A DNA stretch of 64,000 nucleotides from an uncultured Pseudomonadales bacterium (GTDB taxonomy: Bacteria > Patescibacteriota > Microgenomatia > UBA1400 > PJMF01). Below, piece after piece: positions 50,485 through 63,433 of this stretch (position 1 is its first letter; each line of letters starts with the position of its first letter). The position numbers and the translations under genes are program-made. The notes beneath the pieces were generated by a model. It ran no database searches. It had not been told where the DNA came from and saw only the letters and a list, made by a program, of their open reading frames with translations. The stretch is from the NCBI GenBank assembly GCA_964620965.1, contig CAZUHV010000003.1, positions 226,093 to 290,092 on the forward strand. The letters are read 5' to 3'.

Positions 50485-50558
50485 GGGCCTGTAGCGCAGC
50501 TGGTTAGCGCGTTTGTATGGCATACAAAAGGTCAGGGGTTCGAATCCCCTCAGGTCCA
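50485..50558 (+). tRNA. tRNA-Ala(GGC)
   Basis: GGGCCTG/CAGGTCC with G3:U70; TTTGT-ATGGCAT-ACAAA anticodon arm (A32-U38); GGTTCGAATCCC. Confidence 0.96.
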
Positions 50559-50701
50559 CAAAAATTTTTTGATATAAAATACTTGAATTTCTTCAAAAGT
50601 CTTTTGATTACTCTTGCGTTTTCTTTGAGGTTTACTCTTTGATAAGAGTGGCTTATGTGGACTTGTTTGTTATTTATTGCAAAAAAAGGTATTTAAATGG
50701 C

Positions 50702-50731
50702 AAAAGGCCGGGTAAACCCGGCCTTTTTTTT
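50702..50731. terminator. Bidirectional terminator
   Basis: AAAAGGCCGGG-TAAA-CCCGGCCTTTT plus T-run. Confidence 0.9.
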
Positions 50732-50760
50732 GGCGTTTTTATACGCCCCCCCTCTGGTTT

Positions 50761-51000
50761 CTAATAACGTCCTGTCCTGCTACGCAGGAACAGAAATATT
50801 CCAATAAAAATGATTCCACAGACTGCTATACCGATTTTCTCCAGTATATTCAGAGTGGGAACTGTTAAAAATCCGCAAATTCCCAACATAATTCCTAATA
50901 GGATTATGGCGAACATATTTCGCATTCTGACTACAGCCCAAGAATTCACGGTTGTGCCACTACTGTGGCTTGCCATTTGTCGACCTTGTGAGTCTTTCAT
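50761..51000 (-). CDS. Small two-TM protein, 79 aa
   Basis: SD AAGGGTGA before ATG 51000; two hydrophobic helices, basic C-terminus. Confidence 0.7.
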   Translation of the reverse strand: MKDSQGRQMASHSSGTTVNSWAVVRMRNMFAIILLGIMLGICGFLTVPTLNILEKIGIAVCGIIFIGIFLFLRSRTGRY

Positions 51001-51262
51001 TTTTTCACCCTTATAATTAGATATAGATTTTGTTGACAAAATTCCCCAAGAGGGGGTGAATAATCAAATTAGCTGATCTAATGGGCATGGGAAAAGTCGC
51101 GTTGACTTTCTTATCCCTCTAGGGCCTTTTTAATTATTCGCTACTCCTGGAGATCTGTTCAATTTTTAATGTGCTTTGCATTCTTTCAAATGTAACTAAA
51201 TTATCCTATAATATGATAATTTTGTCAATGATTAAAAGGCTAAATCGTAGTAATATCATAGC

Positions 51263-51292
51263 AAAAAGGCCTAGTATGTTGCAACTAGGCCT
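51263..51292 (-). terminator. gyrA terminator
   Basis: AGGCCTAGT/ACTAGGCCT stem with T-run on the minus strand. Confidence 0.8.
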
Positions 51293-51323
51293 CAATTTTC
51301 GAGTCAAAAGCTCCCCAAATCCC

Positions 51324-54134
51324 CTACTCCTCTTCCTTTTGCAAGGTTAAAGCTACTGCAGCGACCTTGTTATCACCTTTAAGACGCATCAAAATCACGC
51401 CTTGAGTTGGTCTGGTGAGTATTGGGATAGATTTTTTTGTAATTGGCATTTTAAGCGTCTGGCCGTCTAGAGTGGTAATAACCAAATCTGAGTGTTCATC
51501 TGTGTTCACTTTACGTGCGCTTGCAACCATACCAGTTCGTTTGGTAATATCTGCCACTTTGACACCCATTCCAGAACGTTTTTGTTTAGGATACTGATCA
51601 AGTTTGGTTCTCTTACCCATACCGTTTTCGGTGACAATCAAAAGTTGTGTTTTGTCGTTAGCTTTCTCGAGATCTTCAGGATGTAAAACTTCAAATCCAA
51701 CAACGGAATCTTCTTTCTTGAGAGTTATTCCTTTAACACCTTTGGTATCACGGTTGCTTGCCTTAACTTCAGACTCATCAAATCTAATACACTTGCCTTC
51801 GTGAGTGATCATCATGAGCTCGTCATCGCCAGTAGTGAGGGTTCCTTTAACCACTGCATCCCCGTCATTTAAAGTAATAGCAATGATGCCATTTTGGCGG
51901 ATGTTATCGTATAATTTAACAGCAGTTTTCTTGACCAAACCTTGAACAGTTGCAAAAGTGATGTATTTTTCTGCATCTTTTGCTTCATCAACGATCAAGA
52001 TGGAAAGTACTCTTTCATCTTGTTGCAGGTTGATGATATTAACAATAGCAGTTCCTTTTGCTGTTCTTGAGGATTCTGGAATCTCAAATGCTTTAAGTTT
52101 GAAAACTCTTCCTGTGTTGGTGAACACCATGAGTGTGTCGTGAGTGTTTACTGTCAAAAGGGTTTGGACCACGTCTTCTGCCTTCATCTTGAGGCCAACA
52201 CTACCCTTTCCACCTCTACTTTGAGTTCTAAACGCACTTGGAAGCATTCTCTTGATGTATCCAGTTTCTGTTAATGTGATGACTACTTCTTCACTTGGAA
52301 CGAGGTCTTGTTCAGAGAACTCACCAATCTTACCTTTAACAAGCTTAGTTTTTCTTTCGTCTCCATATAGTTCTACAAGCTCATTTGCTTCGCCAACGAT
52401 TACATCGAGGATATCTTGGGTGTTACTGAGCAATTTGATCAATTCATCAAGTGTTTTCTTGATTTGTTCATACTCTTCTTCAATTTTAAGGCGTTCAAGA
52501 GCAGCTAAACGTTTAAGCTGCATGTCTAAAATTGCCAAAGATTGAGGTTCAGAAAGTCCAAATTTTTTCATTAATGCGTTTTTTGCGTCTTCTTGAGTTT
52601 TGGACTTTCGAATGGTTTCGATAACTGCATCAAGATTTGCGAGTGCAATGAGCAAGCCTTCTAAAATATGAGCACGATTTCTTGCGGCCTCGAGTTCATT
52701 TTGGCTTCTGCGAACAACCATAAGCTGTCTGTGCTTGATGTACTCCATTAAGATCTGGCGGATGTTCATGAGCTGTGGAGTGCCTTCAGAATTGAGAGCA
52801 ACCATGTTCATGGAAAATGTCGTTTGCAGTTCTGAGTATTTGAAAAGTTTGTTTAGAACAACTTTTGGAATTGCGTCTTTTTTGAGGTCGATAGTGATTT
52901 GCAAACCATTCCTGTCGGAGTCATCATTAAGGTCTTTAATACCTTCAATTTTTTTGTCGCGAACTAATTGCGCGATTTTTTCGAGTAATCTTGCTTTGTT
53001 AACCTGGTAAGGGATTTCTGTGACAATAATGTGGAATCTACCTTTTTTATCTTCGACAATATCGGTTTTTGCTCGAGTAACTACTCTCCCCTTTCCGGTT
53101 CTGTAGCCTTCTTTTATTGCATTGAAGTCATACATAATACCGCCGGTTGGGAAGTCTGGACCTTGAATGTACTCCATAATTTCATCGATTGTGATGCTAG
53201 AGTCGAAGTTTCCAGCTAAAACTTGAGAATTTGTAGCCAATAATGCATCGATTTGTGCATGCATTGCCTTGATTTCTTCATCTTTTTTAGCGGCTTTTTT
53301 GCGTTCTGGAAGGGTAAATTTTGCATCTGCAGGAACTTCAGATTTACCTGCTTTGATCATTGCCACAATTGCGGCGACAACTTCATTCAAGTTATGAGGT
53401 GGGATTTTTGTTGCCATACCAACAGCAATACCTTCCGAACCCATTAAGAGAAGATTTGGCAGTTTTGCAGGCAAAACATCTGGTTCTTGAAGCGAACCAT
53501 CGAAGTTATCAGAAAATGGTACAGTATTTTTATCAATATCTTGCAGTAATTCTCTAGTAATTTTGGCCATTCTTGCTTCGGTATAACGCATAGCAGCAGG
53601 GCTGTCTCCGTCAACAGAACCAAAGTTACCTTGCCCATCGATGAGTTCGTATCTCATACTAAAGTCTTGAGCTAAACGAACCATTGCCATATACACAGGG
53701 GCGTCACCATGTGGGTGGTACTTACCAAGCACGTCACCAACAATACGAGCAGATTTTTTATAGGAGGAGTTCCAGTGGATACCACTTCTGTGCATGGAGT
53801 ATAAAATACGTCTGTGAACTGGCTTAAGACCATCACGCACATCTGGAAGTGCACGAGAAACGATAACGCTCATTGCATAGTCGAGATAGCTTTTTTCCAT
53901 TTCCGATTTGATAGAAATGAACTTAAGTTTTCCGTATTTGCTATCTTCGATTGTGCCAATTAAAGATTGATTATTTTCTTCAGAATTTGATTGCTCGGAA
54001 CCTTTGTTTTCGGAGTCAGCTTCTTCTGCATTTTTTTCACGTACAGCGTCTGCTTCTACGATATCTGCAACTTCTTGCTTGATTTCATCAATTTTTTCTT
54101 GTTTTGGGTCTTTGTTTTCGTTTGGGTCTGCCAT
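51324..54134 (-). CDS. gyrA: DNA gyrase subunit A
   Basis: [29 protein letters not shown], GyrA-box QSRGGKG. Confidence 0.98.
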   Translation of the reverse strand: MADPNENKDPKQEKIDEIKQEVADIVEADAVREKNAEEADSENKGSEQSNSEENNQSLIGTIEDSKYGKLKFISIKSEMEKSYLDYAMSVIVSRALPDVRDGLKPVHRRILYSMHRSGIHWNSSYKKSARIVGDVLGKYHPHGDAPVYMAMVRLAQDFSMRYELIDGQGNFGSVDGDSPAAMRYTEARMAKITRELLQDIDKNTVPFSDNFDGSLQEPDVLPAKLPNLLLMGSEGIAVGMATKIPPHNLNEVVAAIVAMIKAGKSEVPADAKFTLPERKKAAKKDEEIKAMHAQIDALLATNSQVLAGNFDSSITIDEIMEYIQGPDFPTGGIMYDFNAIKEGYRTGKGRVVTRAKTDIVEDKKGRFHIIVTEIPYQVNKARLLEKIAQLVRDKKIEGIKDLNDDSDRNGLQITIDLKKDAIPKVVLNKLFKYSELQTTFSMNMVALNSEGTPQLMNIRQILMEYIKHRQLMVVRRSQNELEAARNRAHILEGLLIALANLDAVIETIRKSKTQEDAKNALMKKFGLSEPQSLAILDMQLKRLAALERLKIEEEYEQIKKTLDELIKLLSNTQDILDVIVGEANELVELYGDERKTKLVKGKIGEFSEQDLVPSEEVVITLTETGYIKRMLPSAFRTQSRGGKGSVGLKMKAEDVVQTLLTVNTHDTLMVFTNTGRVFKLKAFEIPESSRTAKGTAIVNIINLQQDERVLSILIVDEAKDAEKYITFATVQGLVKKTAVKLYDNIRQNGIIAITLNDGDAVVKGTLTTGDDELMMITHEGKCIRFDESEVKASNRDTKGVKGITLKKEDSVVGFEVLHPEDLEKANDKTQLLIVTENGMGKRTKLDQYPKQKRSGMGVKVADITKRTGMVASARKVNTDEHSDLVITTLDGQTLKMPITKKSIPILTRPTQGVILMRLKGDNKVAAVALTLQKEEE

Positions 54135-54156
54135 ATATATACTTCTAAATTACTAA

Positions 54157-55107
54157 TTACTTCAATGCAGTTTCTATAGCAGGTGCAATTTCTTTTTTAC
54201 GAGACATTTTTGGACCAATATCAAGAATATTGTCCACGACTGTGCCTCCAAATGCTTTTTCTGCTACTACTTTTTCGCTGTCAGATAAAATTAAGAGTTT
54301 GGTGTTAACTTTGAGGATATCAGTGATTGCAACAAATAATAATGGAACTTGTAGTTCGTCTTTTACTTTTTGCATTGCAGTCAACAAGCTTGCTTTCTTT
54401 AGAGTTAAAACCATATCTTGTTCGACAGTTTCAAGTTGGTCTATCATTGCTTTTTGACCAAACTCAAAAACTTTATAGTCGTTTTTAACAATTTGTTCAT
54501 CTGTAAGCTTTGAAATATCTGATTTTGCCTTGAAAATTTCTAAAGTAAATGCATCTACATCTCCTATTTCTGCAATTTCAGCTAATTCTGCCCCAAATTT
54601 TTTATCTTGAGGTGTGCAAGTTGCGGATTTATAACCAACGGTATCAGATAAAATTGCAGCTAACATAAGGCTTGCAACGGTTTTATCTGGAGTAACTCCA
54701 AATTTTTTCATTAAATAATAGACAATTGTTGAAGTAGAACCCCAAGGTTTGAATGTTAAAAATACTGGGTTGTTAAAGTTGATGTTTGCTTTATGGTGAT
54801 CTACAACTTCAACGATTTTTGATTCCAATTCGCTATCAAGACCTGCCATTCTTTGTGAAGCTTCATTGTGGTCAACCAAAACGACTTGGCTATCTGATTC
54901 TAAATCGGAGGCACTCACTAATCTTGGCGCTGTGACACCAAATTTTTCGAATAAAAAGGTTGTTTCTGGGTTGAGAGGATCACTAATAACTGCTTCTGTA
55001 TCGCTGTAGCCCATGTCTGGCCAGTTTTTGCAAAGGTACTCAAATGCCATTGCGGCAACAACTGCGTCTGTATCTGGTTTAGTGTGTCCAATAATGTAGG
55101 TTTTCAT
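54157..55107 (-). CDS. ppaC: Mn-dependent inorganic pyrophosphatase (family II)
   Basis: GH.KPDTD, LVDHNE, VDHH, AILSDT, SRKK. Confidence 0.95.
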   Translation of the reverse strand: MKTYIIGHTKPDTDAVVAAMAFEYLCKNWPDMGYSDTEAVISDPLNPETTFLFEKFGVTAPRLVSASDLESDSQVVLVDHNEASQRMAGLDSELESKIVEVVDHHKANINFNNPVFLTFKPWGSTSTIVYYLMKKFGVTPDKTVASLMLAAILSDTVGYKSATCTPQDKKFGAELAEIAEIGDVDAFTLEIFKAKSDISKLTDEQIVKNDYKVFEFGQKAMIDQLETVEQDMVLTLKKASLLTAMQKVKDELQVPLLFVAITDILKVNTKLLILSDSEKVVAEKAFGGTVVDNILDIGPKMSRKKEIAPAIETALK

Positions 55108-55139
55108 AATTTTCCTTTCTCGATCACAAAGTATCAGTT

Positions 55140-57173
<2,034 letters not shown>

Positions 57174-57418
57174 TTACTATTAGTATGTTTTTCAATCTAA
57201 ATAATGAGACACTTTTTATATCACATTCACAAAAACTAATCAAAGTTGTTGGGCAGAAACTAAGTACTGAATCTATACTAGTGACTTGTGAATCGGTACT
57301 CATAATACTATAATTTCAAATACATGGATAGTGGCATTTGGGTAAATAAAAACCTGTTTTTGCTGTATTTAAAAAGCTCCTAGTATACTCACTCGACTAA
57401 AAAATAAATTATCGGATT

Positions 57419-57445
57419 TTAGCAGAGTGTTAAAATGATTGCTAA
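57419..57445. promoter_or_regulatory. CIRCE-like inverted repeat upstream of gyrB
   Basis: TTAGCAGAG-N9-GATTGCTAA. Confidence 0.4.
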
Positions 57446-57575
57446 ATTGTTGCGGAAAATAAAAAAGTTGACTCATCAGTCTATATTACTATATATAAAA
57501 TACTATTATTATATATTTTGATATATATTGATGTATGATAAAATAAGAAAAAACTATATACGGGAATATTTTACT

Positions 57576-58067
57576 ATGAAAACACATGCAGGTAGACATG
57601 AAGAAGAAACAAGTTTAGGTGTTGGTGCACAACATGCTGTTGATTGGGAGAAGCCAACTGAAATCGCTAATATTATTGAGAGATTAAAAAGTGCTGGAAA
57701 ACTTGGTAATGAAGTTTCAGATCTTATTCTTTTAATTTCTGATAGAGCAGTTCACTTTGCTACTTTGGATAAACCTCAATACATTGAATATTTGTATGCA
57801 TGCACGATAAGAGTTCAAGCACTTTTTGAGTTGTATTTAACACAAACCCGAAAGGGTGAGCAAAGTAAAACCATTAGAAATATTACTACCCAGTTGGGGC
57901 AGCTTGATCTTTTTTGTGACCAGCTAGCTATTGAGTGTTTTGCACATCAAGCAATTCAAGGAAAAATCGAAAGACTACGAGTTGTGATTCATTCTTTAAG
58001 TGCAAAAACTAATTTGAGAAGAAAAGCTTTCCTTGAAAGTATGGGTTACACTCCAAAGTCTAAATAA
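57576..58067 (+). CDS. Hypothetical protein
   Basis: 163-aa helical ORF; start uncertain. Confidence 0.6.
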   Translation: MKTHAGRHEEETSLGVGAQHAVDWEKPTEIANIIERLKSAGKLGNEVSDLILLISDRAVHFATLDKPQYIEYLYACTIRVQALFELYLTQTRKGEQSKTIRNITTQLGQLDLFCDQLAIECFAHQAIQGKIERLRVVIHSLSAKTNLRRKAFLESMGYTPKSK

Positions 58068-58764
58068 GCTCTATAAAACAGTTTTCCAAAGCTAAGAGTG
58101 GATTTACATTCGCTTCTAAGTGTTTGACTGTTTCAAGAATTCTCATAGAATTCTGTGTGATTTGTTTTGTGGTAAGGTTGAGAGTTTTGTTTGTTAGTTC
58201 AGAGTGTAAAAGAGATACCAGCATATTGCATACATTCAAGGCATCTTCTCTTTCTTTGTATTGCGCTGCAAGTGTAAGACGTTTTCCTGGATTGCTGGAA
58301 ATAATTTCTAAGTAGAGCTGTGCAAGCTCTGAAAAATCTGTCTGTTTTGCTGTGTCTTTGCTTTGAAGAGTTACGTTTACGAGTTGGCATCGTGAAAGTA
58401 TTGTGTCTAATAATTTGTTTGGAAGATGTGAGACAAGGACAATTTGCGTATTTTGTGGTGGCTCTTCTATTGTTTTAAGAAGTGCATTCTGGGCGGCTGT
58501 TGTTGCAAGGTGGGCATTAAGAAAAACAATGTATCGAGTTTGGTTGGGCTGATATGCCCCATATGCAAGTTGTTCTTTAATTTCGCGGACAGTTTCTATT
58601 TTGATACTCTCCCCTGTTTGGTTGAGCAAAAGAATATTCGGCTGATTTATGATAGATTCAGCAGTTATTGATTGGCTGTTGGAGTCATTAAACCACTTGA
58701 TAAATAGGTCAATAGGAGTTTGATCTGCACTGGTTTTTAGTATTATTGATGGTTTAAATGTCAT
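58060..58764 (-). CDS. holB: DNA polymerase III delta-prime-like subunit
   Basis: SIKIETVREI, AQNALLKTIEEPP, LLDTILSRC. Confidence 0.88.
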   Translation of the reverse strand: MTFKPSIILKTSADQTPIDLFIKWFNDSNSQSITAESIINQPNILLLNQTGESIKIETVREIKEQLAYGAYQPNQTRYIVFLNAHLATTAAQNALLKTIEEPPQNTQIVLVSHLPNKLLDTILSRCQLVNVTLQSKDTAKQTDFSELAQLYLEIISSNPGKRLTLAAQYKEREDALNVCNMLVSLLHSELTNKTLNLTTKQITQNSMRILETVKHLEANVNPLLALENCFIELI

Positions 58765-58835
58765 TGTATGTATTAGTTGTCTAGGCTTTAAATTTACTTT
58801 ATAGTATTACAAGAAGTACTAAAAGAGTATAACCT

Positions 58836-61076
58836 ATGATTGATTCTGCCCAGTCAACAAACCCTATTCAAATTCCTCAATCAGATCCTGTAAAGATAAG
58901 TGGTCCCTCTGGTGCTACTCCTACTGGAAGTGCTATGGGCACTGCTGGCATGGATACTACAACCGTTGATACAAATGTAATGGCGACAACTCCTCCGGCT
59001 ACTGCAATGGATATGGTCTCTGCGGAGCAAACGGCTGAAGCTCAAACTGCTCTTTCTGGTACAGACCTTTCTAAGATTGCAGATTCACTTGAACATGAAA
59101 CAGAAAATTTAGCAGCAAATGTTACAGAAGCAGTTGCAAGTGCTGAAGGGGTTGCACCTGAAGCTCAAACTGTTCCAGTTGCTACTGCAACTGATCCTGC
59201 CTCACCTCAACAAGATGGTCAGCAAGCTTCAGAACCAATACAAGGGGCTCAAACACAATCTGCACAATCGACCAATTCTGGTGCAATAAATGAGGCTGCG
59301 GTACATCAACCTCAAGAAGCACCTGGTATTGATCCAGACAAAAATTATTCTAATGTCGTAGAAGCTCTGAAAGACGCTGGAGCTATAACTCAAGATGAAG
59401 CTAACCAAATTTTAGTAGAAAATGTGAGTTCGGGAAAAAGCTTTGAAACTATTTTGGAAGACAATAAGTTTGCAGACGAAGAACAACTGACTCAAGCAAA
59501 GTCTGTTGTGAACAGAATTCCATTTGTGAAAATTTCTGAATATGGAAACGATCCGCAGGCTTTAACTCAGTTGCCAGAAGGTGTTGCGCGTAACTACAAC
59601 ATGTTACCACTCACTTTTGATAAGGAAAAAAATTCTTTAACAGTTGCTATGAAAAATCCGTTGGATTTATCGGCAATTGATTTTGCAGAACAAAAATCTG
59701 GATTAAAAATTATTGCTTACTATGCAATGCCTTCAGAACTTGAGCGTAAGATTGCAGAAAATTATTCTCAAAGCTTATCTACAGAAGTTACACAAGCTTT
59801 GGAACAGACTTCGCAGGTCGCGGAAGCAAAAGCTCAGAAGCAAGACTTAAGCGGTCTTTCTGGAGAGACAATTAGACAAGCCCCAATTACTAAAATTGTA
59901 CAGACTGTTGTTGCTTTTGCTATGAAAGCACGTGCATCAGATATTCACATTGAACCTCAAGAACAACGCACTCGTGTGCGCTATCGTATTGATGGTATTT
60001 TGGTTGAAAAGTTGATTCTTCCAAGAAGTGTGCATGAAGCAGTCGTTTCTCGTGTCAAAATTTTGTCTGGTTTGAAGATTGATGAGAAGCGTATTCCTCA
60101 AGATGGACGTTTTAACTTTGTTTCTGGAGATCAAGAAGTTGATCTTCGTGTCTCTACTCTTCCAACGATTCATGGTGAGAAAATCGTTATGCGTTTATTA
60201 AAGAAAGATGCCTCTGTTCCTGCCCTTGAAGAACTTGGATTGACTGGAATTGCGTTGCGACGGGTAAATGATGCAATTAAAGTGCCTCATGGAATTGTGC
60301 TGGTTACTGGTCCTACTGGATCTGGTAAAACAACAACGCTCTACTCTGTTTTACATACTATTAATACTCCAAAAGTGAATATTATGACTCTAGAAGACCC
60401 TGTTGAGTACCAGATGTCCGGGATCAATCAGGTGCAGATTAATCCTCAGGCAGGATTAACCTTTGCGTCTGGACTTCGTTCGTTTTTGCGTCAAGACCCT
60501 AACATTATCATGGTGGGAGAAATTCGTGACTCAGAAACGGCTGAACTTGCTATTCAGGCTTCTTTGACTGGTCACTTGGTGTTCTCTACTTTACACACTT
60601 CTAGTGCTGCGGGAGCTATTCCCCGTTTGTTAGACATGGGAGCTGAGCCATTTTTGCTTGCTTCTTCCATGACTTTAACTATGGCTCAGCGTGTGGTTCG
60701 TAAAATAAATGAAGAGTTTAAAGAAGAATATCAACCAGAAAAAGCAGTTTTGGAGGATATTAAAAAAGTACTTGGACCAAAACTGCAAGAATGGATGAAA
60801 CGAAAAAGTATTTCTTCTGAAGCAGAAATAAAGTTGTATCGAGCTAAAAAAGAGAGGCCTCAGACAGAACCTGAATATAAAGGTCGTGTTGCTATTTTTG
60901 AAGTTATGCCAGTTTCAGAGCCAATAGGAAAGCTGATTTTAGACAGAAAACCAGCAACTGAGATGGAGAAACTTGCAGTTGATGATGGTATGCTATTAAT
61001 GAAGCAAGATGGATATATAAAAGCATTAGAAGGAATAACTACGATAGAAGAAGTCTTACGTGTTGCTGAAATTTAG
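58836..61076 (+). CDS. pilB: Type IV pilus assembly ATPase
   Basis: ASDIHIEP, PQDGR, GPTGSGKTTT, LRQDP, TGHLVFSTLHT; long low-complexity N-terminus. Confidence 0.95.
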   Translation: MIDSAQSTNPIQIPQSDPVKISGPSGATPTGSAMGTAGMDTTTVDTNVMATTPPATAMDMVSAEQTAEAQTALSGTDLSKIADSLEHETENLAANVTEAVASAEGVAPEAQTVPVATATDPASPQQDGQQASEPIQGAQTQSAQSTNSGAINEAAVHQPQEAPGIDPDKNYSNVVEALKDAGAITQDEANQILVENVSSGKSFETILEDNKFADEEQLTQAKSVVNRIPFVKISEYGNDPQALTQLPEGVARNYNMLPLTFDKEKNSLTVAMKNPLDLSAIDFAEQKSGLKIIAYYAMPSELERKIAENYSQSLSTEVTQALEQTSQVAEAKAQKQDLSGLSGETIRQAPITKIVQTVVAFAMKARASDIHIEPQEQRTRVRYRIDGILVEKLILPRSVHEAVVSRVKILSGLKIDEKRIPQDGRFNFVSGDQEVDLRVSTLPTIHGEKIVMRLLKKDASVPALEELGLTGIALRRVNDAIKVPHGIVLVTGPTGSGKTTTLYSVLHTINTPKVNIMTLEDPVEYQMSGINQVQINPQAGLTFASGLRSFLRQDPNIIMVGEIRDSETAELAIQASLTGHLVFSTLHTSSAAGAIPRLLDMGAEPFLLASSMTLTMAQRVVRKINEEFKEEYQPEKAVLEDIKKVLGPKLQEWMKRKSISSEAEIKLYRAKKERPQTEPEYKGRVAIFEVMPVSEPIGKLILDRKPATEMEKLAVDDGMLLMKQDGYIKALEGITTIEEVLRVAEI

Positions 61077-61108
61077 TACGCAAGATACAGAAAAGTTAAG
61101 GAAAAACT

Positions 61109-62164
61109 ATGAACATACATGACATCATGGAAATGCTTATTACACAGAATGGTTCGGATATCCACGTTATTGTAGGAACTCCTCCAATGATTCGTATTCA
61201 CGGAGATCTTACTGCAGTTGAAGGAACTCCAGCTCTTAACTCTGAACAAGCAGAAAACTTGATTTTTCCTATTATGACTCAAGAGCAAAAAGACTTTGTA
61301 AAGGTTAATAAAGAGTTAGATTTTGGGTATCAGTATAAAGATAAAGGTAGGTTTCGTGTGAACGTATACCATTCTCAGGGAGCTATTGCCGCAGCAATGC
61401 GTTTGATTCCCACAAAGATTAAGGCAATCGAAGAACTACAGTTACCTCCAGTTATTCATGAATTTACCAGATATAGTCAGGGTTTAGTGTTACTCACTGG
61501 CCCTACCGGTGAAGGTAAGTCTACTACTCTTGCAGCAATGATTGAAGAAATTAATGCAACTAGAAGTGAGCATATTGTTACTATCGAAGACCCTGTCGAG
61601 TTTTTATATTCACCAAAACGAAGTATTATTTCTCAAAGGGAAATAAATCATGATACTCATTCCTGGAGCGTTGCTCTTAAATCTGTATTGCGTGAGGACC
61701 CAGATGTTGTGCTTATTGGCGAAATGCGTGATTACGAGACTATTGCTTCTGCAATTACTATTGCTGAAACTGGTCACTTAGTTTTTGCAACTTTACACAC
61801 ATCTAGTGCCGCACAAACAATTGATCGTATTATCGACGTTTTTCCTGCGCATCAACAGAGCCAAGTTCGTCAACAATTAGCAGCAACGATTAAAGCTATT
61901 GTGGCACAAAGACTTTTACCAGCAGTTGGTGGTGGTCGCGTGCCTGCTTTAGAAATCTTAGTTGCAACTCCAGCTATGGCAAACTTAGTTCGTGAACAAA
62001 AAACACATCAAATTGATTCTGTGATTCAAACTTCAGCTGATCAAGGAATGGTGCTTTTTGAAACGTATTTACAACAATTAGTTCAAAGAGGAGCAATTAC
62101 AAAGGAAACCGCAATACAACATGCATTTAGACCTGATGACATGCATAGATTATTAGGTAAATAA
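61109..62164 (+). CDS. pilT: Type IV pilus retraction ATPase
   Basis: SDIH, GRFRVN, GPTGEGKSTT, LREDPD, ETGHLVFATLHT. Confidence 0.96.
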   Translation: MNIHDIMEMLITQNGSDIHVIVGTPPMIRIHGDLTAVEGTPALNSEQAENLIFPIMTQEQKDFVKVNKELDFGYQYKDKGRFRVNVYHSQGAIAAAMRLIPTKIKAIEELQLPPVIHEFTRYSQGLVLLTGPTGEGKSTTLAAMIEEINATRSEHIVTIEDPVEFLYSPKRSIISQREINHDTHSWSVALKSVLREDPDVVLIGEMRDYETIASAITIAETGHLVFATLHTSSAAQTIDRIIDVFPAHQQSQVRQQLAATIKAIVAQRLLPAVGGGRVPALEILVATPAMANLVREQKTHQIDSVIQTSADQGMVLFETYLQQLVQRGAITKETAIQHAFRPDDMHRLLGK

Positions 62165-62166
62165 AT

Positions 62167-63369
62167 ATGCCATTTTTTAAATATATAGCAAAAAATAAAT
62201 TTGGTGAGAATGTTACTGGAAAAGTTGAAGCTCAAACAATTCAACAGGCTGCCACGTTGCTTGGTACTCGTGGTTTATTGGTTATTAAACTTAATCCTCT
62301 CACAGAAGACTCATTTGCTTTTATTAAAAAAATGTTTGGCGGAGTTAAGTTTGATGATATTGTGAATTTTACCCGTCAGCTTTCTACAATGATTACTGCT
62401 GGATTACCACTTGCTGGAGCTTTAGCTATCTTAGTTCGTGATGGAAAGCCAGAAGTTACTAGAATGATGGCAGTTATTTTGCAAGATGTTGAGGGAGGTA
62501 ACGCGTTTGCTGATGCTCTTTCAAAACACAAAAAGATCTTTTCTAGATTGTACATTCAGCTTGTTCGAGCTGGTGAAACAGGAGGTGTGTTAGATACCGT
62601 TCTAGAGCGTTTGGCAGATAACATGGAAAAAGAGAAAGAGTTTAAAGCTAAAACAAAAGGTGCTTTGATTTATCCAGTTATTGTTATTATAGCGATGCTT
62701 GCTGTTGGTGCAATTATGATGATTTTTGTGATTCCAAAACTAACAGAAATGTACAAGGATTTTGGTGCCGAATTGCCGTTTGCTACACAGATTTTGATTA
62801 GTATTTCTAATGCAATGGTAAATTTCTGGTGGATTTTCGCAATTGCAATTGGAGGCTTAATCTTTGCTTTCAAGCAGTACTACAAAACTTCGATTGGAAG
62901 ATACAAAATTGATGAAATCAAGCTAAAACTACCAATTTTTGGAGAACTTACTAAAAAGGTAATTTTAACTGAGTTTTCTAGAACTTTAGCATTACTTTTA
63001 AGTTCTGGTATTACTCTTTTGGAAGCAATTTCTATTGTTACAGACTCTGTTGAGAACGTGGTGTATAGAACTGCCCTAGAAGAGGTCTCAAAGCAAGTTG
63101 AAAAAGGTTCTTCTTTATCTGGAGCATTGAGCCATTATGAGCAATTTCCTACAATTTTGCATCAAATGATGAGTGTTGGTGAAGAAACTGGTAAGTTAGA
63201 TGAGGTTCTCAAAAAGCTCTCTGTGTATTTTGAGCAGGAAAGTGAGCACGCAATTAAAAACATGACAACCGCTATTGAGCCTATGATCATGATTGTGCTT
63301 GGTTTAGGAGTTGGCGCTATGGTGATTGCTATCATTATGCCTATTTACAACTTGACGAGCCAATTCTAA
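62167..63369 (+). CDS. pilC: Type IV pilus platform protein
   Basis: FTRQLSTMI.AG, AGETGG.LD, ALIYP, VGEETG.LD, IEP. Confidence 0.95.
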   Translation: MPFFKYIAKNKFGENVTGKVEAQTIQQAATLLGTRGLLVIKLNPLTEDSFAFIKKMFGGVKFDDIVNFTRQLSTMITAGLPLAGALAILVRDGKPEVTRMMAVILQDVEGGNAFADALSKHKKIFSRLYIQLVRAGETGGVLDTVLERLADNMEKEKEFKAKTKGALIYPVIVIIAMLAVGAIMMIFVIPKLTEMYKDFGAELPFATQILISISNAMVNFWWIFAIAIGGLIFAFKQYYKTSIGRYKIDEIKLKLPIFGELTKKVILTEFSRTLALLLSSGITLLEAISIVTDSVENVVYRTALEEVSKQVEKGSSLSGALSHYEQFPTILHQMMSVGEETGKLDEVLKKLSVYFEQESEHAIKNMTTAIEPMIMIVLGLGVGAMVIAIIMPIYNLTSQF

Positions 63370-63433
63370 TTACTGTAAAGTATTACTTAAGTATATTTAT
63401 TGACAAATAAGGAAATAAATAAAAAGGAAAAAT

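Noticed and set aside
48776-50558. Prophage or island integrated at tRNA-Ala
   Set aside because: Recombinase is Xer-like; no duplicated tRNA 3' end, phage or conjugation genes seen.
51040-51130. c-di-AMP (ydaO) riboswitch
   Set aside because: Only fragments (TCAGCTAA, GGGGTGAAT), on opposite strands.
53190-53360. Intein in GyrA (also checked DnaB)
   Set aside because: Insert is too short and lacks intein terminal motifs; DnaB is normal length.
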